Source: an uncultured cyanobacterium
GTDB lineage: Bacteria; Cyanobacteriota; Cyanobacteriia; Cyanobacteriales; Cyanobacteriaceae
Direction of reading: 5' to 3'
Length of the DNA stretch: 64,000 nt
Assembly (NCBI GenBank): GCA_963710605.1
Contig: CAVQBA010000006.1
Coordinates: 160,001-224,000, forward strand
Below are positions 1 to 10,991 of this stretch, piece after piece. The notes beneath the pieces are model-generated. The model searched no databases. It had not been told where the DNA came from and saw only the letters and a program-made list of their open reading frames with translations. How positions within the stretch are numbered: position 1 is the first letter of the stretch; each line of letters begins with the position of its first letter. Made by a program: the position numbers and the translations under genes.

Positions 1-65
1 TAATTGCTGATTGACTGTATTTAGGGTTAACTAGATTTTGTAGATAATCAGTTATATTATAAATC

Positions 66-503
66 ATGACCAAAAATATTCGTTCTGTAAAAAAAATACA
101 GTTGTTAATAATTGTAACAATATTTAATTTTACCTTATTTGGGTGTGGTGATAATAAAATCGGTAGTTGTAAATTAATTCAAGAAGTAACCACGGAATTA
201 AACCAAACTGTTGTACTCTATTTAGATAGTGAAGATACGATCGAAATTCAACAAGTTGCCGATAAGTTTAAACAAGCAGAAGAACAAATATTATCAGCAA
301 ATATTAAAGACGAAAATTTAGCTAATTTAAGTGACCAATTAGCTAATATATATAATCAATATAGTATAGTTACTAGTAATTATATTGTGGCTTATCAACA
401 ACGCAATCGAGAAAAAGTTATACAATATAAAGAGCAAATTAATCAGTTATCTCTTAAGCAAAACAATATTATTCAACAAATAAATAACTATTGTCTTAAT
501 TAA
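66..503 (+). CDS. Hypothetical lipoprotein, helical
   Basis: Basic N-terminus, hydrophobic stretch and lipobox LFGC; 145 aa. Confidence 0.65.
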   Translation: MTKNIRSVKKIQLLIIVTIFNFTLFGCGDNKIGSCKLIQEVTTELNQTVVLYLDSEDTIEIQQVADKFKQAEEQILSANIKDENLANLSDQLANIYNQYSIVTSNYIVAYQQRNREKVIQYKEQINQLSLKQNNIIQQINNYCLN

Positions 504-590
504 AAATGAAGGATGAAAGATGAAAAAAAGAGAAATAAAAAATATTGTTGTTAATTATTAACTATCAACTATCACTATTCATTACTAAAT

Positions 591-2099
591 ATGTTACCAA
601 TAGATGTAAAAAAAAGACTAGAATTTGCCGATCGTTTTTGGTCAGATTTTAGAAATAAAAAACCCAATATAAACAAAGTTATTACAACTAGTGAAGAAAC
701 GATCGATAACCATGATTTTGATGTAGTGATTTGTGGTGGCACTTTAGGTATCTTTTTAGCTACAACTTTACAACAACAAGGTTATCAAGTAGCCGTAATC
801 GAGAAAGGTATATTGCAAGGAAGAGAACAAGAATGGAATATATCTCGTCATGAATTAAATAATTTATTAGAATTAGAATTACTAACGCAAAGTGAATTAG
901 AAGATATTATTTATACTGAATATAATCCCGCTAGAATTAGTTTTCATCAAGGTTACGAATTGTGGGTAAAAGATATTTTAAATATTGGTGTTAGCCCTAA
1001 ATTATTAATAGCTAAAATTAAAGAAAAATTTATTCGCTGGGGTGGAAAAGTCCTCGAAAAAACCGCCTTTGAATCAGCAATTGTATCCGATACAGGTGTA
1101 ATAGTTAAAACAGATCAAAATCAATTAAAAACTAAATTACTCATTGATAGTATGGGTAACTTTTCACCGATCGTTAAACAAGTAAGAAACGGCACAAAAC
1201 CTGAAGGAGTTTGTTTAGTTGTTGGTAGTTGTGGTGATGGTTTTACTAATAACAATACAGGTGATTTAATCGCCTCGATTACGCCGATTCAAAATCAATG
1301 TCAATATTTTTGGGAAGCATTTCCTGCTAAAGATGGGCGGACAACTTATTTGTTTACTTATGTTGATGCACACCCAGATAGAATTAGTTTGACAGAATTG
1401 ATGAATGAATATCTGCGATTGTTACCTGAATATCAACAGATAGAATTAGGCGAAATAGACTTTAAACGTTTTTTGTTTAGTTTTTTTCCTGCCTATCGTC
1501 AAAGCCCATTAAAAATGCCTTGGCAAAGAATGCTAGCCATCGGTGATAGTAGCGGTTTGCAATCTCCCGTTAGTTTTGGTGGTTTTGGATCGATGATGCG
1601 TCATTTACCCCGATTGAAAGTTGCGATCGATCAAGCTTTAAAAGAAGACTGTTTAACAACGGCTGAGCTAGGTTTAATTCAACCATACCAACCTAATATA
1701 TCGGTGACATGGTTATTCCAAAAAACGATGAGTGTGAATATTGATGCCCAACCACAACCTAACCAAATTAACGATTTGATGAGTGGAGTTTTTAAAGTGA
1801 TGGATAGATTAGGCGATAATGTTTTGACACCATTTTTACAAGATGTGGTTACTTTTCCGGGGTTAGCGAAAACTTTACCTTTAGTTAATCCGTTGTTGGT
1901 ATTGCCTTTGTTACCTCAAGTGGGTGTACCTGTTTTAGCTGATTGGTTAAAGCATTTTGCTACTTTAGGTGTTTATAGCGGTTTGTATCCTTTAGGTAAA
2001 TCTTTACAATCAACTATTATGCAGAAATTGACACCTCAACAACAATATTATTACGATCGTTATCTACAAATGTGGCAATATGGTTCAGGGAATAAATAG
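591..2099 (+). CDS. cruP: FAD-dependent oxidoreductase, CruA/CruP lycopene-cyclase family (CruP-sized)
   Basis: DVVICGGTLG FAD motif, GREQEWNISR, GDSSGLQSPVSFGGFG and C-terminal YGSG; 502 aa. Confidence 0.7.
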   Translation: MLPIDVKKRLEFADRFWSDFRNKKPNINKVITTSEETIDNHDFDVVICGGTLGIFLATTLQQQGYQVAVIEKGILQGREQEWNISRHELNNLLELELLTQSELEDIIYTEYNPARISFHQGYELWVKDILNIGVSPKLLIAKIKEKFIRWGGKVLEKTAFESAIVSDTGVIVKTDQNQLKTKLLIDSMGNFSPIVKQVRNGTKPEGVCLVVGSCGDGFTNNNTGDLIASITPIQNQCQYFWEAFPAKDGRTTYLFTYVDAHPDRISLTELMNEYLRLLPEYQQIELGEIDFKRFLFSFFPAYRQSPLKMPWQRMLAIGDSSGLQSPVSFGGFGSMMRHLPRLKVAIDQALKEDCLTTAELGLIQPYQPNISVTWLFQKTMSVNIDAQPQPNQINDLMSGVFKVMDRLGDNVLTPFLQDVVTFPGLAKTLPLVNPLLVLPLLPQVGVPVLADWLKHFATLGVYSGLYPLGKSLQSTIMQKLTPQQQYYYDRYLQMWQYGSGNK

Positions 2100-2232
2100 T
2101 TAATCAAACAAAGTTGATTCGATCAGCAAAATTTTCTCATTTTTATGAGAAAAAATTATATTTGCCCTAACCTGATTTATTGCTCTCAAACAGAAGTATT
2201 TGATGATTTATTTTAAATATTACTGACTGTTA

Positions 2233-2341
2233 TATAGCGTTTCCCATCATTATGAAGTACACTTACGATTCCCCCTAAATCCCCCTTACAAAAGGGGGAC
2301 TTACCATTTTTTTGTACCTCGTAAATATGGGAAAGGCTATA
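2233..2341. mobile_element. MITE-like element with imperfect 29-bp TIRs and an internal CCCCC..GGGGG hairpin
   Basis: tatagcgtttcccatcattatgaagtaca ... tgtacctcgtaaatatgggaaaggctata (5 mismatches); TA at both ends. Confidence 0.6.
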
Positions 2342-2676
2342 ATCGTTTCAAATAATAATAAGATAATTTATGGTTAAGAATCTTAGTTTAATTTATTAAA
2401 CGGATAAGTGTTAGCCTTAAATGGCAATTTAAGGCGGGTTTTATCCTCAAATTTGACCGATCATTATTGATATCTCAGTTTAAATATTACTGACTGTTAT
2501 CAATCAACTACTGTACTTACCTTTGCCCTTTGCACGAGTGCCCTTTGCCCTTTGTTGACAAATTGTCAATCGTTTCTTGATTATACTCTCTACCAAATTA
2601 TTTAAACTAGTCATCTTATCTAATTAGCGATCATTTGTTTGTTACACAATTAGCGATTATCCAACAGCTTAATTAA

Positions 2677-2773
2677 TCCCCCTCCTTTGAAAGGAGGGGT
2701 TAGGGGTGGTTATTTCCCTATTTAAATAGGGTTAGGGGTGGTTATTTCCCCATTTAAAGAGGGGTTAGGGGTG
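2677..2773. repeat. Three tandem REP-like units (hairpin + GGGTTAGGGGTG tail)
   Basis: The first unit recurs almost identically at 45592-45627. Confidence 0.75.
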
Positions 2774-2774
2774 T

Positions 2775-4703
2775 TTATTTACCTACACCAACCGAAGTTT
2801 CTTCTTCTTGTTTAGCAAACCAAGAATTTAAGATTTGTTCGGCGATTTGAGGAGGAGTTAAACCTAAATCATAATAAGACTCATCAGGTTTAGCATGATC
2901 GACTAATTTGTCAGGAATACCAATACGTTTGAACTGAGGAGTCAAGATCGTTGTCGAATAAAGCTTCAGCGACGGCTGAGCCAAATCCACCCATAATGCA
3001 ACCTTCTTCTAAAGTCACAACTTTACCAATTTTTTCAGCTAAAGGTAAAATCAAGTCAGTATCTAAAGGTTTGACAAAACGAGCATTAACTACAGTTGCT
3101 TCTATTCCATGCTCACTTAGTATTTCCGCCGCTTGCATCGAAACATTAACCATTGTGCCATAACCTAAAAGTAATAAATCATCACCTTGGCGTAAAATTT
3201 CACCTTTACCAATTTCGATTTCTTCCCAACCTTCCTCGGCTAAGACAACACCAATACCACTACCACGAGGATAACGCATAGCGATCGCACTTTCAGTATG
3301 ATTAATACCTGTTACCACCATTCTTTGTAGCTCAGCTTCGTCTTTAGGTGCCATCACTACTAAGTTAGGAATACAACGCAGGTAAGCAATATCATATACC
3401 CCTTGGTGAGTTGGGCCATCTGGCCGACAATACCTGCTCTATCTAAACAGAAAAATACAGGTAATTTTTGAATACAAACATCATGAATAATTTGGTCAAA
3501 AGCCCGTTGCAAGAAAGTAGAATAAATAGTCGCAACTGGACGCATACCTTCACAAGCTAAACCTGCGGCAAGAGTAATTGCGTGTTGCTCGGCAATACCA
3601 ACATCGATATATTGCTTAGGTAATTTTTGTTGTAATTTAACTAAACCTGTACCTGTACCCATCGCCGCTGTAATTGCAATAATTTTGGGGTTATTTTCAG
3701 CCAACTTCGTTAAAGTATGAGTAAAAACTTTAGAATAACTAGGTGGTTTTGGTTTACTTGAAGGAATTGGTTTACCTGTAATTAAATTGAAGGGATTTTG
3801 AGCATGATAACCAACTTGATCTTTTTCAGCGACGGCATAACCTTTACCTTTAACTGTCGCTACATGGACGAATACTGGTCCTTTTACTTTATGAGCTTTT
3901 TTAAAAGTCTCAATTAACTCAGCTAAATTATGCCCATCAATCGGACCAAAATAAGTAAAACCTAATTCTTCAATTACAGCACCGACTTTAGGCATCGCTA
4001 CTCTTTTCATTGCTTCTTTGAGGTTGATCATTTCAGGAGAAAGATTTTTACCATCACCAAACAATGGAAAATGTTTGAATTGCTCTTCGAGGTTATCAGT
4101 GATAAATTGAACAGGATCTGATAAACGAACTTTATTCAAATAACGAGAAATTGCTCCCACATTAGGAGAAATAGACATATCGTTATCATTAAGCACTACC
4201 ATCAAATTAGTATTGGGTAAATGTCCTGCGTGGTTAATTGCTTCTAATGCCATTCCACCTGTTAAGGCACCATCACCGATAATGGAAACTACTTTGAAGT
4301 TTTCGCCTTTACTATCTCTAGCTAAAGCCATACCTAACCCAGCAGAAATACTTGTAGAGGCGTGTCCTGCTCCGAAATGATCAAATTTGCTCTCACTACG
4401 TTTTAGATACCCCGCAACACCTTTTTTTTGTCTTAAGGTATGGAAATCATTGTATCTACCCGTTAGCATTTTATGAGGATAAGCTTGATGCCCTACGTCC
4501 CAAATTACTTTATCGTGGTCTAAGTCTAAAGTTTGATATAATCCGATGGTTAATTCTACTACTCCTAATCCCGGCCCTAGATGTCCTCCTGTGGCTGCGA
4601 TCGTTTCTAGGTGTTTTTCTCTGATTTGTTTGGCAACATCTTCTAACTGCCTAACAGAGAGTCCGTGTAATTGATTGGGATGAGTAATTTCACTTATCTG
4701 CAT
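2775..4703 (-). CDS. dxs: 1-deoxy-D-xylulose-5-phosphate synthase, split by two frameshifts (about 3422 and 2935)
   Basis: [31 protein letters not shown] and RYPRG; three consecutive ORFs rebuild the full protein. Confidence 0.93.
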
Positions 4704-5032
4704 ATGTTATCTTCCCTTTAATATATATATACTAAATGTTTATCTATTGTATTAAGACTACTTTTCTTTATTGTGTCTCAATTTTCTTTTTTTTACTATC
4801 GATAATTTATTTAGTTAACCACAGATTGTAATGTTCTTATGTAAAGTATTATCGCAAATATTAATTAAATAGCCGAACATTCGCCGATAAATTTCATTTA
4901 AATTTATTAGTTTATTTTTATGAACGATTGTTATTAGCCTTGTTAATTTATACTTTGAGTTTATACAAGTGAAGGTTTTAAAACCCTGATGACAATCAAC
5001 TTGTTTTAAGGCAAATTTTGACAATGGGAATT

Positions 5033-6091
5033 TTAATTGCTGAATGAGGCAATCTGATTACGGATTAACTCTAGTTGCTGAGCTAGTTTACCGCTACTTA
5101 ATAACTCTTTTGTTACGGTCAAACCTTCTTCTATACTAGAAACGACACCACACCGCCACAAATAAAAACCACCATTCAAAATACTAATTTGAGTTAGGGG
5201 TGTATTTTCTCCGGCAATTGTTTGTTGTAGTTGTTGGAAATAAGTAGATCGATCGTCTAAAATTGGATCATCCCCATCTAAATCATATTCACGAGCATTA
5301 ATTTTCAAATACTTTGATTCATCAGATTCTTCTGAATGATCGATACTGATAATATTAGTTTGAGATAATTTTAAATCACCACTTCCTTCTAATCCTTTAA
5401 TCAAAGTATATTTTTCTTGCCCATTAAGTTTTAATGCACCTTTAATCATCTTTTCGGTGGGAGGATGAACAAAACCCGCTATCACATGAGTTTTACCTTG
5501 ATAAGGATGCCAGATTAATTCTAAAGTAGCTAAAGGTGGACGTTTACCAATTTGATCTCTATATGCCACCATATTATGAGCTAAAGGAAAATGATTCGGC
5601 AGATAAAGAAAACCAAAATTAGTAGCTTTTAATAATTGATTAACTTGATTCAAAGAAAGACTAGTCACATCTACACCTAAACTTGCCCAAATATCAGCTA
5701 AAGGTAAACCATATTTAGTCGGCATTGTGATTCCGCCGTGCATCACTACAGGTAGATTCATCGTGCTTAAAACCAAAGCCGTAATTGGTGAAATAGGTGT
5801 AGTACGTGTTCTACCATCATAAGGGATACCTAAAACCACCAGCTCAGAAGAATTATCTAAAGGTGCTAATACATCACCTAAATTGTTGTAGCTACTCAAC
5901 ATTCCGCCTAATTCTTCAGCAGTAGGGCGTTTGATTCGATGAGCAATCAAAAAAGCACCTATTTGAGCTGGAGTAGCAACTTCGGTGAACATCATTTCTA
6001 AAGCGTTACTGGCTTCGGTAAATGTAAGGTCTTTGTGGGTGTGTGTACCACTACCTACTTTTTTTAAAAGTTCTCTGAATTCGTTACTCAT
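5033..6091 (-). CDS. Anthranilate phosphoribosyltransferase-family protein (TrpD2/YbiB-like)
   Basis: QIGAFLIAHRIK, PYDGRTRT, GKRPPLATLE and GFVHPPTE. Confidence 0.85.
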   Translation of the reverse strand: MSNEFRELLKKVGSGTHTHKDLTFTEASNALEMMFTEVATPAQIGAFLIAHRIKRPTAEELGGMLSSYNNLGDVLAPLDNSSELVVLGIPYDGRTRTTPISPITALVLSTMNLPVVMHGGITMPTKYGLPLADIWASLGVDVTSLSLNQVNQLLKATNFGFLYLPNHFPLAHNMVAYRDQIGKRPPLATLELIWHPYQGKTHVIAGFVHPPTEKMIKGALKLNGQEKYTLIKGLEGSGDLKLSQTNIISIDHSEESDESKYLKINAREYDLDGDDPILDDRSTYFQQLQQTIAGENTPLTQISILNGGFYLWRCGVVSSIEEGLTVTKELLSSGKLAQQLELIRNQIASFSN

Positions 6092-6433
6092 AGATTTAGA
6101 TTAAGATTGATTTAGATCAAGAAAAAAGACATCTTTTAACGAATTGTTAAACATAAATTATAATAATTTATCCATTTTTTTTCATTATTTAATCTCAATA
6201 GGTATCAGATAATTAACGATCGACAAATGATAGTTAAAAACAAGTAGGTACGTTAGAACTTAAATGAAATAGATAAAAAAATCCCACGCTTAACTAAAAA
6301 CGTGGGTATAAAAGCGATCGATAATTGATCAATAGGAATTATATTCTCTTTCTTTTTTTCACCTCTAAATTGAGATAGAGGTTGATTATCAATTATTGGC
6401 AATAAGACCGAATCTGACTTATTTTTGATAATT

Positions 6434-6757
6434 TTAAAGATACTTTTCTAATGTATTAGATAAAGTAGTTTTAGGTACTGCACCTACTACAGTATCTGTT
6501 TTTTGACCATCTTTAAAAATCATCAAAGTTGGAATGCTACGGATACCGTACTGACTAGCAATTTGAGGATTTTCGTCGGTATTTAACTTAACGACTTTAA
6601 CCTTACCTTCGTATTGTTGAGCAATTTCTTCTACCACAGGTGCAACCATCCGACAAGGACCACACCAAGGAGCCCAAAAGTCAACTAATACAGGGACATT
6701 ACTCTCTAAGACAGTTTCTTTAAAATCTGCTTCTTTTACTTCTGTCACATCTGACAT
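6434..6757 (-). CDS. trxA: Thioredoxin (m-type)
   Basis: WAPWCGPC active site and YGIRSIPT. Confidence 0.97.
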   Translation of the reverse strand: MSDVTEVKEADFKETVLESNVPVLVDFWAPWCGPCRMVAPVVEEIAQQYEGKVKVVKLNTDENPQIASQYGIRSIPTLMIFKDGQKTDTVVGAVPKTTLSNTLEKYL

Positions 6758-6897
6758 TATATTTATTCTTCCTTAACTAGATTTAGTAGTATTTAAAATA
6801 CTATCAAATTTTAGAATAGCAAATATTACGGTTCTCACCATCAATTATTTTCAGAAGTTTACATTCTGACTAAAACAAGTTGACAATAGACGAAATT

Positions 6898-6965
6898 AGA
6901 AATCCGCCCTTACGAATAAGAGCGGTTTATGGTGTGAGGAGTGAACGGAAAAAAAATTCTTCCGC
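6898..6965 (-). ncRNA. yfr1: Yfr1 small RNA
   Basis: Minus strand: 5' hairpin GCGGAA..TTCCGT, conserved ACTCCTCACAC (6932-6942), terminator hairpin CCGCTCTTA-TTCG-TAAGGGCGG; upstream of trxA; TAGAAT -10 at 6973-6978. Confidence 0.9.
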
Positions 6966-7110
6966 CTTCTCTATTCTAAAACAATTCTGAGGATTATTAT
7001 CATCATCAGTTTAAATAATCCTTTCTTAATCTAAAAATAAACCTATTTTTTCACCAACTAATTTTAACAAATGTTAAATTTTTATGAATTTTCTCATTTT
7101 CGACAGTAAA

Positions 7111-7302
7111 CTAACCAAGATGGGATAAATAAGTCAAACAATCACGAACTAAAAAGTAAACGACCATCATCGCCGCGGCGGCTAACGCAACTAGTGTACC
7201 AGCTAGTATCAAGGAAAATTCTCGATGGTCAAAGGCTTTCTGCATCAAGTGCAAAGACCAAGCAACTAAAGCGACATCTAATATGAGAATAGGTATTAAC
7301 AT
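7111..7302 (-). CDS. Small two-TM cyanobacterial hypothetical protein
   Basis: 63 aa with two hydrophobic helices; downstream of hisF on the same strand. Confidence 0.7.
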   Translation of the reverse strand: MLIPILILDVALVAWSLHLMQKAFDHREFSLILAGTLVALAAAAMMVVYFLVRDCLTYLSHLG

Positions 7303-7373
7303 TTCTTAAAATATAAGTTCTATTCTATTTTAAACTAATTTTTTTAAGATATGAAGTTTTGTAAAGGCTAAAC

Positions 7374-8141
7374 CTATTTTCGGACTTTAACATCATGAAA
7401 TGTTAAGAATTGCTTAATTTCACTGACAGTTAATTCTCCATAGTGTAGTAGTGAAGCGAGTAAGGCGGCCTCGGCTTTACCTTCTGTCAGAGCGTCGTAT
7501 ATATGTTGACAGTTACCCGCACCACCAGAAGCAATCACGGGTATTTCAACTTGAGAGGCGATCGTTTTAGTTAGGCTTAAGTCATAGCCATTTTTAGTGC
7601 CATCAGCATCCATACTAGTAATAAGTAATTCACCTGCACCTCTATTAGTTACTTCTTTTGCCCATTCAATCGCATCAATGCCTGTATTTTCTCTGCCACC
7701 ACGAACATATACATCCCAACCAGGGTTAGTGGGATCATTTCTTTTTCTCGCATCGATCGCTACTACTATACATTGAACCCCAAAACGATCGCTAGCGGCG
7801 TTAATAAAATCAGGATTTTTAACCGCAGTAGAGTTGATACTGACTTTATCTGCCCCCGCCCGTAATAAATTTTTGACGTTATCTAAAGTTTTGATTCCAC
7901 CACCTACAGTTAGAGGAATAAATACTTGTTCTGCGGTACGGTAAACTACATCAATAATAGTGTCCCTAGCTTCATGAGTGGCGGTAATATCCAGAAAAAC
8001 TAACTCATCAGCACCCGCATCATTATAAACTTTAGCTAATTCTACAGGATCGCCTGCATCTTTTAAATCGACAAAATTGACTCCTTTTACAACTCTACCG
8101 TTATTAACATCCAAACAAGGTAAAATTCTTTTCGCTAACAT
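7374..8141 (-). CDS. hisF: Imidazole glycerol phosphate synthase subunit HisF
   Basis: [22 protein letters not shown] and SMDADGT. Confidence 0.97.
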   Translation of the reverse strand: MLAKRILPCLDVNNGRVVKGVNFVDLKDAGDPVELAKVYNDAGADELVFLDITATHEARDTIIDVVYRTAEQVFIPLTVGGGIKTLDNVKNLLRAGADKVSINSTAVKNPDFINAASDRFGVQCIVVAIDARKRNDPTNPGWDVYVRGGRENTGIDAIEWAKEVTNRGAGELLITSMDADGTKNGYDLSLTKTIASQVEIPVIASGGAGNCQHIYDALTEGKAEAALLASLLHYGELTVSEIKQFLTFHDVKVRK

Positions 8142-8292
8142 CTATATTGACCAGTAATTACACGCCATTATTTAGGATAACAGTTTTGTTACCATTGCGA
8201 TCGATCGATCGTTACGTCATATTTTATCCTCAATTAATAAGGTGTAATCGCCCCTAATCTTCTTGCTTTTGCTTTCTTGCTTTAGAAAAGGG

Positions 8293-8484
8293 GCAGGGCT
8301 GTTTCATTCTTAAAAAGAAGAAAATAGCTAGAAGCAAAAAATAAATAGCTAGAAGCTATTACTACATACTCGATCGAGAGATTTAGTAAAATTGTATTTT
8401 TACTATTAGAAAAAAACTGCGATCCATTTACTGCTATTTCTGGCGTTGTAGAAATTACAAATTTTAAGAATGAAACAGCCCTGC
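8293..8484. mobile_element. MITE, 192 bp, perfect 23-bp terminal inverted repeats
   Basis: gcagggctgtttcattcttaaaa (8293-8315) is the reverse complement of ttttaagaatgaaacagccctgc (8462-8484); no transposase inside. Confidence 0.8.
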
Positions 8485-8631
8485 ATAGGGACGGGGGGGA
8501 TACTCCATTGATAGGCGTTATTAATTTTGGTGGTAGTGATGGCACGCTACTTTTAAAATTACCTTTGCACGAGTGCCCTTTTCACGAGTGCCCTTTGTTG
8601 ACTTTTAATTAAAACAATTCAAAGAAAATCA

Positions 8632-9471
8632 TCAACAATTAGAAGTCTTACCGAATCGTTTGACAAATTTGTCTTCTACTTTAGTCATTAAATCAAAAGG
8701 AAAACCAGCTTTTTTATAAAGGTGGGAAGGGATATTTTTCTTGATTTCTTCATGAAGCATTGGTAGTTCGCTCCAATGACGGCCATATTGAAGATGATGA
8801 GCGGTATGGTATCCCAAATTACAAGTAAAAAAGTTATACCAACGATCGGTAATATTATAAGTTGCTTGGTAATGATCTTCTTCATCTAATCCAGCATGAT
8901 GATCATAAGTTACATACACCGTCATAAATAACAAGAAAATCATTGGTACCACAAAAATAATTAAAGTGTTTAGCCAATTAATCCAAGAGAATATAGCCAG
9001 TGTGAATAATGTGAGCAAGATATTTTCAATTAGTTTTCGACGAGATTTAGGATGAGCTTGACCAACTTGTAAAGCTACAGGGTAAGCCTGAATTGAAACT
9101 TTGAAAGTATATTCAAGACGAGGTATTAGCTTTCGGCTACTACTCATCCAAGCCGATTCATCTTTAGATTGATCTAGATAATTAACATGATGACCAAGAT
9201 TATGATGCAAAACCCAAAGTTCTCCCACAATTCCGGTTTGTAAACCCATAATTAATTCAATAATCCGATTTGCCCAAGGACGATTGAAAAACTTGTAATG
9301 TTGGTGGTGATGATTCCAACTACAAATCCATCCTTTGATGTTAAGGCTAATAATAATCCAAATAAGAGGAGTTAAAACCGAAGAACTAGACAAAAAAAAA
9401 GCTAAATCAAGAGCGAATACGGATAAAATGACAGCGATTAGGTAGTAATCAATTTTTTTTCTAACAAGCAT
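8632..9471 (-). CDS. Membrane fatty-acid desaturase/hydroxylase superfamily protein
   Basis: His boxes HHHQH, HHNLGHH, HH and HTAHH plus TM segments. Confidence 0.85.
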   Translation of the reverse strand: MLVRKKIDYYLIAVILSVFALDLAFFLSSSSVLTPLIWIIISLNIKGWICSWNHHHQHYKFFNRPWANRIIELIMGLQTGIVGELWVLHHNLGHHVNYLDQSKDESAWMSSSRKLIPRLEYTFKVSIQAYPVALQVGQAHPKSRRKLIENILLTLFTLAIFSWINWLNTLIIFVVPMIFLLFMTVYVTYDHHAGLDEEDHYQATYNITDRWYNFFTCNLGYHTAHHLQYGRHWSELPMLHEEIKKNIPSHLYKKAGFPFDLMTKVEDKFVKRFGKTSNC

Positions 9472-9757
9472 TTTTTATATTAAGAGACAAATTGTAACCA
9501 AAACCATTATAAAACCATCAAAAGACAAAATCAAAGCTTACATTAAGAACACAGATAATATAAGAGCATCAGAAAACACAAATTATCACCGCAAATAGCC
9601 ATAATTAAAGAACTTAATCTTATTATTATAAGATGGGCAAATTACTATAGCTTAGGGTACGATCGTCGATCGTGTAGTCCATTGATAAGTCTCGAAAAGT
9701 CTAATATGTAAACGATACATAATTATCTTCATTCTCAATTACTAATTACTAATTATT

Positions 9758-10861
9758 ATGCTTAGCGGTTACACATTACCTGTCTTTGCCACGGCTTCGG
9801 CTGTAGCGGGTTTACAATATTTACAAAACAAGTTTGACGATTCAAAACAAGTTTCGATCGATTTAATTAATCCTGAGAAGATAGTCTCGATCGAAATCGA
9901 ACAAATAGCCAAAATTAGCGCATCCGAAGTATTAGCTATTACAAAATCAGATCCCGGTGATAACTTAGATTTAACTCGTGATACACCAATTTGGGCGATC
10001 GTTAAATTAACACCATCATCTGAAAAGAAAGTCATTTTTAAAGGAGGAGAAGGAGTAGGGCAGATAGTAAATAAGAATCATCAATCGGCAATTTATAGTT
10101 ATGCCCAAAATTTATTACAAACAAATTTACTAGCTAATCTTGAAAGTAATAGTTTAGTTGAAGTGACGATTATTTTACCCGAAGGAAAAAAACTAGCTCT
10201 TAAAACATCTAATTCAGCTTTTGGTGTTGTCGAAGGTTTATCCTTGTTAGGTACAAGTGGTATTGCTCAACCTTTAACCAGTAAAGAGCAATTAGATATT
10301 TATCAACAAGAATTACTCGAAAAAGCCGAGCAACACGATACTTTAATTTTTTGTATCGGCGAAAATGGTTTAGATTTAGCCCCAAAATTAGGTTTTAATC
10401 CTGAGCAATTAATTAAGACAGCTAATTGGTTAGGCTCGATGCTAGTCTCGGCTACCCAAACACCAGTTAAATCAATTATTTTACTTGGTTATCATGGTAA
10501 ATTAATTAAACTAGCTGGTAATATTTTTCATACTCATCATAAATTAGCTGATGCGAGGTTAGAAATTTTGACGGGTATAGGGGCTTATTTGGGTTTACCT
10601 CATCATCTTTGTTCGCAGATATTTGAAGCCTCTACAACAGAAAGTGCGTTGAAAATACTCAGAAATTTTGACGAGCAAAATGGTAGTTGTTGGCAAGAAC
10701 AAATTTATCAATTTATCGCTAATCGTATTGAGCAAAATTCAGTTGAGTATATCAATAAGAATGTTGATTCTTCAATTAAAGTTGGTGCTATTTTATTCGA
10801 TCGTGATCGACAAGTGATTAGTCGGGGTGAACAAGCTCAGAAATTGATGGGTAATTTTTGA
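9758..10861 (+). CDS. cbiD: Cobalt-precorrin-5B C1-methyltransferase
   Basis: SGYTLPVFA, KSDPGDNLDLT, GLSLLGTSG and GYHGKLIKLA. Confidence 0.93.
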   Translation: MLSGYTLPVFATASAVAGLQYLQNKFDDSKQVSIDLINPEKIVSIEIEQIAKISASEVLAITKSDPGDNLDLTRDTPIWAIVKLTPSSEKKVIFKGGEGVGQIVNKNHQSAIYSYAQNLLQTNLLANLESNSLVEVTIILPEGKKLALKTSNSAFGVVEGLSLLGTSGIAQPLTSKEQLDIYQQELLEKAEQHDTLIFCIGENGLDLAPKLGFNPEQLIKTANWLGSMLVSATQTPVKSIILLGYHGKLIKLAGNIFHTHHKLADARLEILTGIGAYLGLPHHLCSQIFEASTTESALKILRNFDEQNGSCWQEQIYQFIANRIEQNSVEYINKNVDSSIKVGAILFDRDRQVISRGEQAQKLMGNF

Positions 10862-10991
10862 GAGGGCGATTACTTGTTGGTATTGGCTGTTGGGTTTCGC
10901 TTTTTTTTAAGTATTGTTTAGCTCTCAAATTTTTTGAGGCTTAACCGCTTTTTATGATCGTACCTCATCCTAGTTGTTTCCTCCTTTTGAA

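Noticed and set aside
2677-2773. CRISPR array (here, at 56439 and at 59461)
   Set aside because: No constant repeat with unique spacers and no cas genes; these are REP-like or coding repeats.
4815-5024. Short AT-rich ORFs (also 33597-33788, 14863-15090 and other shadow ORFs)
   Set aside because: Promoter-region or antisense frames with no motifs.
8282-8545. 87-aa minus-strand ORF
   Set aside because: Spans the MITE; no protein features.
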